Origin: an uncultured Aquimonas sp. | Lineage (GTDB): Bacteria > Pseudomonadota > Gammaproteobacteria > Xanthomonadales > Xanthomonadaceae | Direction of reading: 5' to 3' | DNA length: 36,431 bases | NCBI GenBank assembly: GCA_964424535.1 | Contig: CAYRJS010000001.1 | Location: forward strand, 15,882 to 52,312 | Shown: in pieces, positions 1 through 12,000 of the stretch | How positions within the stretch are numbered: position 1 is the first letter of the stretch | Layout of the letters: every line of letters begins with the position of its first letter | The notes under the pieces: generated by a model | What the model saw: only the letters and a program-made list of their open reading frames with translations | The model's database searches: none | Told to the model about the DNA's origin: nothing | Position numbers and translations under genes: made by a program

Positions 1-3000
1 CCGTTGTTGAACACCTGCACCTGATACGCCAAGGCCATCTGACTGGCCGGATCGAAGGCATCCGGGGCCGTCACCACCAGGGCCAGATCGGCACGTTGCA
101 GGATCGGATCGGACACGCCGGCTTCGTTGTTGGTCAGGTCCGGGTCTTCCACTTCGCCGGCTGGATCATCCAGCAAGGTGGCCGTGGCCAGGTTGATCAA
201 CGTACCTTCGGCACTGGGAGCCAGCGTGGCATTGATCTGGTAACGCAGGGTTTCACCCACCGGGATCGAAACCACCCGGTTGACCGAGCCCGAGCCGCTG
301 GCGGAAACGCAGTCACCACGACCTTGCAGGGCAGTACAGGTCCAGGTGGCAGCACGCAGGCCTTCGGGCAGCAGATCCTGCACCCGTACCTCCGGTGCAT
401 CGGAAGGACCGGCGTTGTGCACCTCGACGGTATAGGCAACGGCAGCTCCGGCGACCACCTCGGGCGTATCGGTGTGCTTGGACACGACCAGATCGGCGCG
501 GCGCATGACCTCGGTCTGTACCGGGGTGGCCTCATGATCATCCGGCGTCGGATCGACTGAACCCGGTTCGGGCACGACCGAGGCCGCATTCTGCAAGGGC
601 CCCAACCAGGCTGGATGTACCCGCACATTCAGGTTCACCACCAGGGTGTCGCCAACATGCAGATCGGCTTCGGCATCCAGGCTCAGGCCGGCACCCTGGC
701 TGGCCAGGCACTGGGATTGCCCATCGCCTTCAACCTCACAGGTCCAACTGGCATCCTGGAACATGGCCGGATCCAGGGCATCGACGACATGGATGCCCAG
801 GGCATCGCTGGGACCGGCGTTTTCCACGCGAATCTGGTACTGGATGAATTCACCGGCAACCGCGTTTTCAGGCCCGGTCTTGCTGATCGACAGGTCGGAG
901 ACGACGTGGATCGGGGTCTGGTCACTGGCGATATTGTTGCCCAGGTCAGGATCCACGCCCGATCCCGGTTCGGCCCGGGCGATATTGAGCAAGTCACCAC
1001 GGGCACTGGGATGCACGATGGCGCTGTAATCCATCCGCGCCCAGCCCTGCACGCCCAGATCGACCAGGACCGGCAGATCGGCATCCGTGCCCTGCATGAC
1101 ATGGCACTTGACCAGGGCCTGTTCGGACCAGCGGGTCAGGCCGCCATTGCCGCCATCCTGCGCCAGCAACACTTCGCTGGAAGCACCCAGGTGCTTCAAC
1201 ATGCCCGCACTGGCCGACACCGCGGCCGGCAGGCTGTAACGATGCTCCAGCGCGCCGTCGCTCCACTGGCGTGCATACAGTTCCAGGCTGCCGTCCTGTG
1301 CCGCCACGTAGACCCGCGAACCCAGGGCATCGATGGCCAGATACCGGGCCTGATCCGGATTGACACCGGCCCAGGTACCGGCGGCCGCAAGGCTGCCATC
1401 GACCAGGCGCGTGAACTGGGCAAAACCTTGTGTCGTCAACACCAGTACCTGGGTGTCGCCAGGGGTCATGACCATGTCGCGTGCGCCCAGCAAGGCTGGA
1501 TCGACGGCATCGTCGGCGCCAATATCAACGGCGCGGATCACGCTTTGATACTGCAGCTTGCCGGAGCTGACATCGACCTGGAACCGCCCCAGGGCCTGCT
1601 GGTTGGTCAAGGAACCCGAAGCCAATGTGTACAGGTAGCGACCATCGGCGGTCAGGGTCATGCGTTGCAGATCGCGAATCACGTTGCTGGCATTGCCAAA
1701 GGTACCCAGGCCATCCTGGATGCGCTCGATGAAGACCAGTTGTCCGGTTTCCGCATCGCGGCGGAATGCCGCGATGGCGCTCTGACTGATGTTGGCAGGC
1801 ACGGCGGCCACGTACACGAAGCGACCATCGCTGGAAGCCAGTAGCTGGCGCGCGCCACGCAGACCGGAGACGCCATCGACCCCGGAGGTGATGGTCTGGA
1901 CATGCTCCAGGCTGTTGGCGTGCACGGCAAACACCAGCACGTTGCCGGTAACCACGGCATACGGCGCATTGCCGTTGCGTTCGGCTTCGGTCAGATCCTG
2001 ACCATTGCGCGCGGCATCACTCGTGCTCGAGGTGACATACAGGTAGGCACCATCGGCGGACAATTCCAGATCCGTCGCCCCGGTCAGCGCAGCCACAGTG
2101 GCGGCATCGGCGCGGGTCTGCACCTGGCTGATCGCGCCATTGGCATCCAGGCTCAGCTCCACCACGGCACTGCGACTGCGGCTGAGGCCGAACCAGCGCT
2201 GTCCATCCCGTGCCGGCACCAGTGCCGCCAGGTCGGCAATCGCCGGTTCCGTGGCCGTAGCCAGCCAGCTCGTCTGCACCAGAGGCGGACTGCCCGAGCA
2301 ACTCCACTGCCCGGTATCTTCGGTCAAGCCATAAGCTTCGCCCGGGAAAATCGGCAGCTCATCGATCAGGCGCGCCTGCAAGGCATCGGATATGCCGTGG
2401 TTTTCAATCTCGACCCACCAGTTCACCGGCAATCCGGCAATGACCTCGGCGGCCGGGGTCTGGCGCAACTTGCGGGCTTCCAGATCCGGTGCCGGCACCA
2501 AAAGATCACTGCGCAAGGCGCGGTTGTTGCTGAAATCCGGATCCCAGGCCAGGACCCGTGGATCGATCAGGGCCTCGTGCACGAGATTGCCGGTGGCATT
2601 GGCAAAGATGTGTCCGCTCAGGTTGAACCGGACCTCACCGCCGGGCGCGATGTCCACGGCCTCCTGGTTGATGCCGCCAACGCCCGACAACGGGCAACGC
2701 GAACCCGGCTCACGCGCCAGGGTGTTGATCCGCCCCTGGCTGCCGGACACCACGTGGATCTCACGTTCACCCGGTGCCACCACGAAATCCGCGACCTGCT
2801 CCAGGGCAGTCGAAGTGGCCAGATCATAACTGGCGATCCGGGCCGGTGTTTCACCCAGCAAACCGTACAGATGCAACTGGCTGGTGCTGGTCGAGGCCAC
2901 GTACAGGCGGGCCTGGTCGGCGACATAGGCCAGTGCCACCGGCTGCTGACCTGCGACGCCACTATCGGCATCCAGATCAATCAAGGCATCCAGTTCAAAG

Positions 3001-6000
3001 GCCGGCACATCACCATCGACAAAGCGCAGCAGATTCACCACGCCAGCCCCGGCATCAGCCACGAACAGGCGATCGGCATCGACCCAAAGCGCCGAAGGCA
3101 GCAGCAAGGATGCGGTCACACCAGGTTCGCCATCTTCGATGGCCGTTACCCAGGTCAAGGCACCGGAGGCGGCATCGCGACGCAAGGCCGTGACCGAGCG
3201 GTTGGCACCGGCGGTGGCAAACAGCATCTCCCCGGTGGCATCGAAGGCCAGATCGGTGACATCGTTCAGACCATTGAGACCATCGTCCTGGCGCAGGACC
3301 GAAACCTGGCTCAAGGCACCGTTGCCGGCATTGATGGCAAAGCCTGCAATGGCTTGGCTGGCGGCGCCTGCCGCATACAGGTGCTTGCCATCGGGCGCAA
3401 TCACCAGGGTGCTGACGCCACCGATGCCGCTGATGCCCTGCTCGCTGTCCTGCACCATTGAACGCCAGCGCAAGTGACCATCGTTCGGATCACGTTCAAA
3501 CACGACCACGGCATCGGCATCGTGGCCGGCGACGTAAACGAAACGTCCGTCCGGGCTGATGACCAGGGCGCGGGCTCCGGCCATGCCCTGGGCCGGGTCT
3601 TCGCCCAGCGCGGGCACGTCGGCGTAGGCCGGTATCGAACTCAGGCTGCCATCGAGCGGATTGCGGGCGAACGCCGCCACGGCATCCTGCACGGTTCCAC
3701 CCTGGGCGTGCGGTCCCACGGCATACGCGTACTGACCCAGGGGATCGACGACCACGGCACGATAGCCCTGGTTGAGGGAGTTCTCCTGCAGATCGATTTC
3801 CTCCAGCAAGCCGGCCTCCGGGGTCGCGGTGCAGGTCCAGACCACGTCATGCAGGGCCTCGGGCAATACATTGGATACCTGCGCCTGTACGGCATGGGTG
3901 GGACCGGCATTGGTCGCCACCACCGCATAGGCCAAGGTTCCTCCCGGCGTAGCCTGGCCCGGGCCGGCGCAACCTGGATCAAGCGGATCACAGGCCGGCA
4001 CATCGATCGTGATGGCCAGATCCATGGACGGCGACAACACCGTGTCGTCATCGGTGGCAGTGTTGTTGCTCAGATCCGGATCGAGGACGTCGATCGCGGT
4101 CACGGTCGCGGTATTGATCAGGCGACCACTGGCCTGGGCCCGCACCGTGGCGGTGGCATCGAACTGCACCTGACTGCCCTTGGGCAAGCTCACGATCTGG
4201 TCGATATTGCCCTGCCCTGTTCCAGGACAGTTGCCGGCACAGGTCCAGTGCACGCTTTCAAATTCCGGCGGGAACACGTCCACTACGCGGGCCTGGGCCA
4301 CATCGGACGGGCCGTTGTTGGTCACCACGATGGTGTAGGTCACTTCATCGCCCGGGGCCACGCCACCGGCACCATCGAACAGGCTGCCGACATAAGTGGG
4401 TGGATCATCGTCCAGGTCGAATACCGATAGCGCCGAATCCTGGCTGGCGCCGGTGTAGAGCCAGTCGCTTCCGGCCTCGCTGACCACGACCATGTCACTG
4501 GCACCACGCAGACCATCGATCGGCTGGCCCTGCTGGATGCTGGTCACCAGTGTGGGCACGCCGGCACCGTCCAGTTCGAAGACCAGCACCGCATCCTGTT
4601 GCGATGCAGCCGCGTACAGATAACCATCGCTGGCTACACGGATACGTCGCGCACCCGCCAGTTCCGCCAACTGCAGTGAGCCGCCAACGGCAAGATCAGG
4701 CTGGAATTCCAGGGTGCCCGTACTTGCATCGCGGGCAAAATGCACCAGGGTCCCGGCCTCGGCACCCAGCACGTACAGATGGGCGCCGTCGGCTGTCAGC
4801 GCCAGCGAGCGGACATCATCCATGCCCAGCACACCATCACTGCCATTCTGATAGCGGGCCAGTTGCGTCAGTCGGCCATAGTTGCCACTGCCGCTGTTGG
4901 TCTGGCGCGAAAATGCCACCACGGTGCCGCTGCCGCCCAGCACGTAAAGCTGGGCTCCGTCCGGGCTCAAACGCAAATCCCGCGGGGATTCAATGCCATT
5001 GACCCCAGCGATGCCGGCCTCGACCGCGGCCACGAACTGCAGACGACCATAGTCCGCAGCCCCAACCTGGTTCTGGCGGCGAAAAATCGCCACGGCATTG
5101 GAGAAACCACCCGCCACATAAACATGGGCACCATCCGGACTCAGGGCCACGGCCTGGGCTCCGCGCATGCCGGTTACGCCCAGCAGTCCACTCTGATGCT
5201 TCTCGACGAACTCCAGGCGCCCTTGCTGCTGGCCTCGGTTGAAGACGGCAATGGCCCCATCCACCGGGCTGACGGCGTACAGGTTTTTCCCGTCCGCACT
5301 CATGGCCAGGTTGACCACGCCGGTCAAGCCGCTGACCCCCGCCACGCCACTGCGCATCACCCCCAGATAGCGCAAGCCGACACCGGTAGCGGCACCGGTC
5401 TGGCGCTGGAACACGCCAATGGCATTGTCATCCGGTGCGGCCACATAGACGTTGCGGGTATCGGCCACCAGGGCCACGGCACCGGCCAGGCCATCAAATT
5501 CGGCCAGGCCGTCATCCTTGGTGATGGACAGATCGGCCACGCTGGAAATCTCGTCGGTATCCTGATCCTCGGTGGCACAGGCCTGGGCGCTCAAGCCATC
5601 GCCGCCACCGCAGTCAGCCGAAGTCCAGTCGACGCTGGCGACGTTGACCAGAGGCACGGCCAGATCACTGGACACCCGCGCCGTCACCCGGAACACGACT
5701 TCCCCATTGGCGGCGATGTTCACCGGCACCGATTGCAAAAGGCCGGTTCCGCTGGGCGGACACCAGGAATCGGACTGGCGCTGGAACTGCACGATGGCCT
5801 GATCCAGGGTGCCGGCGACATAGATCAGATCCAGTTGCGGATCCAGCACCAGGCCGGAAGCTCCGCCCAGGCCGGCAACCCCGGAACTCTGATTGACCCG
5901 CGCCCCCAGGTATTTCGGCACGCCGGCACCATCGAGCGAGAACCAGGCAAGCGAATTGCCGGCCTGCGAAGTGACATAGACGTGGTGCCCATCGGGGCTG

Positions 6001-9000
6001 ATCACGATCCGGCGCGGTTCGTTCAGACCCTGCGCGCCCTGTTCGCCCTGGCCCAGCGAAGTCACCAGGCTGAGGTTGCCGGTGCTGGTATCGCGGGTCA
6101 GCGTGACCAGGCGGTTGGCCTGGGTTGCCACCAGATACAAGACATTGTCGTTGACGGCAAAGACACCCGCGGACACCCCTTGCAGATCCACACCCAAGGT
6201 CGTACTGGTGAAGCGGGTAACGTAGGTCAGTTGCCCGGTGCCGGCATTACGGTTGAACTGGGCGATGCTGGCGCCACTGCCCGACAAGGCATAAACCTGA
6301 TCTCCGCCCGGGCCGACGATGAGATACTCGACATCCGCCAGCCCCCGGATATTGCCGACATTGTTGACCCAACTGCCGATATGGCTCAGTTCCTGGGTGT
6401 CACGATTGAAGCTGAACCCGGCCACGGCGTGGTCATTGGCACCGGCAACGTACACATGCTCGACATTCGCGCCGGCCGTCACCGCCACTACATGCAGGGC
6501 CTTGTCGAGGCCGGCGATGGAGGCATCCCTGGCGACTGCCAGAGGCGTGACGATCAGGTCCTGCGAGCTGCTGCCGCTCAAACCGAACACCACGAGACTG
6601 TCAGATTGGCGACTGGCCACGAACAACAGCCGGCCATCCTGGCTGATGCTGACCGAGCGGGCACCTTGCAAGGGCAGACCAGGACCATCAACCACCCGCG
6701 CCGGAGCGTAGTACGCCAGGTTGCCGGTCATGGCATCGCGCTGGAAGAACGCCAGGCCATTGTCATCAACGCTGGCGCCGACGAGGAAATTACCCCGCAC
6801 CTCATCCCCGGTACCCATCGCATCGCCCGGAATCAGGGCCAGCGAACTGACCCCGCGCAGGCCGGTGATCCCGGATTCGCCCTGACGATAGTCAGCGAGG
6901 AATTCGAGCATGCCCGAGCCGGTGGCCGAGCAGGTCCACTCGATGGTGTCGACATCAAACGGTGAGCCCGAACAATCGTTGGCTGCCGTGCAACCGAACA
7001 GGTCGGTGACATGGGTCAGGCTGTCGTTGCCCACCATCCCGACATTGCCCGGACCGGCATTGCGCACGGTGATGTCGTAGGTCACTTGCGTACCTGGCAT
7101 GACCGCGACCTGGTTGTTGGTCTTGGTCACTTCCAGACGCGCCGAGGTCAGCAGATCGGTGCTGTCATATCCGGTGGGCACCACGTCATTCGCATCCGGC
7201 GTCACCCCGGCGGCAAAGGCCGTGGCGGTGTTTTCCAAAACGCCCACGGCATCGGCCCGGATCATAGAATCGATCACGTAACTGACGGCGCCACCGGCCC
7301 GGATCGTGACCACATCATCGATGTCACCCACGCCCGAAGCACTGCACGAGGAACCGGTTCCGACCGAGAAGGAGGCCACAGCATTGCTGTCGAATCCGGC
7401 CACGTAGACATTGCGCGAGTCATCGGCAACCGCAACCGCATACGGCGCGCGGATGCCATCGGCGGCATCGATGTCCTGGGTGCGCGTCTCGGCCAGGGCC
7501 AGCTGCCCGTACAGCGCACTGCTGACATTGTCATAGCGGTTGAATGCCACCAGGCTGTGACCAAATTCAGCGGTCACGTAAACCCGCTTGCCATCGGCAC
7601 TGACTGCCACATCACGCGGACCGCTCATGACCTGGGGCGCATCCACGCCCTGCACCACCGAGCCCAGCAGACGAATCTGCCCATAGGCCGGATCGGCAGG
7701 ATGGATGACACGCTGCAACACATGCACGGCATTGCCATTCTGGGCGGCCACATAGACATGGGCATTGCCGCTGCCGTCGGTATCCGGGGACAGGGCCAGG
7801 GCCATCGGGCGCTGGGTCGATCCCAGGCCCAGGGCCTGCACGAAACTCAGGTTGCCGGCACTGGCACCCGTAGTTTCGCGATCGAAGACGACCACGGTAC
7901 CGGCGGCATCGGACACCCCGAGAACCTGGGAATGTCCGCCAGCACTGGCCACGACCAGGTCACGAATGCCATTGAGACCACTGACCCCGTCCTGCCCGGC
8001 GACCACGGCACCCTGGTAGGTCAGGCGCTGCGAATCGTTGGCGTCGTATTTGAAGATCGCGATCGAGGCGGCAAAGGAGCCGGCCACGTACAGATGCCGC
8101 GAGTCGGAGTCCATGGCCATGCCAAAGGCTCCGCTCAGGCCCGGATTGCTGGCGGCCAGGAAGGTTTGGGCATAGGTCAGATTGCCGGTATCCGGATCGC
8201 GCCGGAATACCACCACAGAATTGCCCGAAACGCTGCTGACAAAAGCGCTCTTGCCATCCGGGCTGAGCAGCAAGCGGCTGGGGCTGGCCATGCCGGTGAT
8301 GCCGGCCTGGCCGTCGCGCCAACTGTTTTTCCAGGTCAGGTGCCCACCATCCTCATCATCAGGCCCAACCGTGATCAAACGCCGCTCGAACAAGGTGATG
8401 GCCGCATCGATCTTGCTCAGCACATACACGTATTTGCCACGGGTGACGACATCGTTGGCTGCGGTCAGGGTATCGATTTCAAGCTGGGTGCCGGCAATCG
8501 AATCCTGTTGCCGGTCCATTTCGATAAAGCCCAGTTGCGGGGCCGGCGCACGGCGTGACAGGGTGGTCAGCGGACCCGGTCCGGTCGTGCTGCCCGAAGT
8601 CACCAGGATATGCCGGCCATCCGGAGTGCCCAGCACGCTGGTGGGTTGTTCCAGACCATTGAAACCGTCGCTGCGATACAGCACCTGCTCGGTCGCGCCC
8701 AAGGCACCACTGTTGACGTCGCGGCGCACGGTGAACACGGCATCGGTATTGGCATTGACGCCAAACAGGTGCTCACCATCGGCGGCCATGGCGATACGTA
8801 CCGGCCCATCCAGCAAACTGGCGGGCTGGGTCGTCGTGGCCGTCTGGAAGGCCAGACTGACCGCTTCCGCGCGCACATGCACCAGGCGCGCATTGCTGCC
8901 GCCATTGGCGGCGCGCCCATACAGGTGCCCGCCACCTGGGGCCAGCACCAGATCGGTGATTTGCTGGTGGTTGACGACATCGAGTGGTGTCTGCACATCC

Positions 9001-12000
9001 GCTGTCAGACGGCCGATGTTCTGGCCGCTGGGTTCGATCCGATAGCGCTGTATTTGTGAATTGAACGTGGATGCGGCATACAGCCAGCCTGCTGCCTGGT
9101 CGATCACCAGAGGGCCCACACTTGTCGGTGCCGCCACGGGACTGCCCACGGTCACGGGCAACTGGTTGCCGGGATCGGGACGCAGCACTTCGACCTGGGC
9201 GGAGCCGCCGGGCACCGAGCCAGTCACGTAAACGTGGGTTGCGCTGACCGCGATACGCTGCACCAGAGGTGTCTGGATGGCACTGGTACCGGCGTAGGAC
9301 AAGCGCCCGAAATCGGGGTTGAGCCGATCCGTGACGCGATGGAACACGACGATGGTGCCGGTCACGGTTGTGCCATCGGCTTCCAGACGGGAGGAAAGCA
9401 CGTACAGGACGCTGCCATCCAGGGCCAGGGCCAGATCCACGGGCGCACCCATGCCGGCCACGGCCGAGCCGGTGTCATTGGGGTTGTCCAGATCATTGAC
9501 TTCGATATCGATCGGCTCAGGCGCAATCTCGCCATAACCCAGACCCGGAGTGGCATTGCGCGCATAGGCGTACACCGTGGGTACGCCACTGATGTTCTCG
9601 CCCAGCACGTAGACATGGCGGCCATCGGCACTGATTGCCTGCTGGTATCCGGGTCGGGTCGCCGGACTCACCGAAGTCTGGTCGGGCAACGGCCCCAGAT
9701 CACCCGGCACCGGGGATGTGGCCGAACAGGTCCAGCGCACGTCCTGCAGCATGGCCGGCATCTGGTCGCGCACCTGGATGTCGTAGGCATCATCCGGGCC
9801 GGCGTTGTGGATGGTCAGGGCATAGCTGTGCTGGGTTCCCGGATGGGCCTTGTCCTTGCCGTCGGTCTTGGTCACCGTCAAGGCATAGTTGCTGCGCAAG
9901 GTGGCTGTCGCCGTCGCCTCACGGGTACCCAGGGGATGACTCACCCGGGCCTTGTTTTCGACCTGATCACTGGCACTCTCCGAGGTCGTGATCTCGAAGT
10001 TCACCACGGCCTTGCCACCGGGCATCAGGTCCAGCAGCAGATCACCGTCCTCGATGCCGCCCACGTGAGGCGGGGATGCAATGGGACGGCACTGGGTGGC
10101 GCCGGGGGCAATGGCGGGTGCCGTCGCCGGCACGGCGGTGCAATCCCACTGCGCCGTAGCAAAAACGAAATGTCCGGGGTTGCTGACCGTGTCGGCCGAA
10201 TCTTCCAGCTTGACCCCATCGGCGAAGCTGGGCCCGACATTGCCGGCGGTGATTTCATAAAACAGCCGCATCTGGCCATTGCCCACATCTTCCTGCTTGT
10301 ACAGGCGCTTGCTCAAGGTCAAGCCGATGCTGGGTGTCATGCTGGTATCCACACCGGCATCGAGGTCGTCGACACCCTGGGACGTGGCGTGCACGGAAAG
10401 ATGCATGTCATCCCGGGCCCGGGGATCGACCAGGCCGATGACACGATATTCCACTTGGCTCAAGGCCGGCAGGTTGATCGAGGTATCCAGGGCATCGGCG
10501 GTGACCCAGTCGGTCCAGCCGCCCTGGCCATTGTCGCCACCGCCAACCGTCGTGCACGAAGCGCCATCGGTAGCTCGACAGGCATAGCGCACCGACCCAG
10601 GCACGAAGCCGGATACGACACTACCCTGGGCCAGGGGGAAAACACTGTCGACCTTGACGTTGGCCAGATGAAAGTACGCCGGGTTTTTCAATTTGATGCG
10701 GTATTCGTGCTCCAGGCCGGGGGTGGCGCTGGTGCCGGTCTGGTTTGTCACCTCACCCACCAGATCGGTCGCACGCTGGATGGTGATCGACACCGTGTCG
10801 GACTGGGATCCGGCGTCACCCTTCTGGCTGATGGGCGTACACGAACCAGGGGACGGACAACCGGTCAATTCGATTTCGGCCAGGTTGGGAATGGAGATGG
10901 TCTCGGCAACCGTGGCCACCTTGACCCGCGTCTTCAGGCGACTGGCACTGCCGGCGCGCAAGGCAAAACGTTCGTTGATCTGGTATCCGGACCCGTTTGT
11001 CTTCTGGACTTCGCTGCACGTATCCAGGTCGGTTACCCCGCCTTCCCCGATCAAATCCAGGTTCGAGGCGCAATACGTCCAGCACGGCGGCCCGTCCTGT
11101 GCCACCGTACAACCGTTGCCACTTACCCCGATGAAGCGCGAATCAAGCATATCGGTCAGCACCAGCGCGGGGCCGTCAGGGTCGACCTTGGGGTTGCCCG
11201 AGCCATCGACGGCATTGCCCAAGTCGCTGGGACCGTCGTTGTACACGACGATTTCATAATCAAAGCCGACATTCGCAAACACGCTGCTGACTGGGCTGCC
11301 ACCCTGGGCTGCGATCTTCTCCACCCGGGTTGCAGCCCGGCGTTCGATGGTGCGCTCGACCTTGCTCGTGTTGTTGTCGGTGTCAGGATCAAACGGAATG
11401 GTCCCCGTCGTCGGCGGCACGATCTGGGCCTCAAGGCCCGCGAGCGCATCCAACTGGGACGAGGGGTGCATGACCGCAACCGTATAGGTCAGCTTTCCTC
11501 CGGCTGCGATGGTCTGGATGGTCAGGTTTTCGATGGCCCCGCTGCCACCCTCCTCTTCGCACTGGGCCTGGGTGTTGGCGTCACAAGCCCACAACATGAT
11601 GACCGTCGAAGCTTCAACAGGATGAATCGAAAAACTGGCACCAGCGACTGGATCCGGGCCCTGGTTCTCGATCTCGACCTCATAGTTGGCGGTACAGCCC
11701 GGGGTGTAGATGCCGATCTCCCCAGGGCAATTCGTGGCTGCCGGGCTGATGGGTTTGGCCGTGACGGTGGCCACCAGATCGGCAATCGGATTGCGCGTAC
11801 GCGAAGCACTGGCCTCGTTGTTGGCGGAATGCGGGTCGTTCCAGTCAGAGGGTTCGTCCGGAAGCTCGACCTTGGCCGTGATTCCTGCCGTCGGGTACCC
11901 GTCGGAAATGTCGTGATCGACCTCCACGGTGAAGGTCAGCGTGCCATTGACCGGAAGTTCATCAATAACCTCTTCAATCAACGGCGCCGGGATACTGGCC

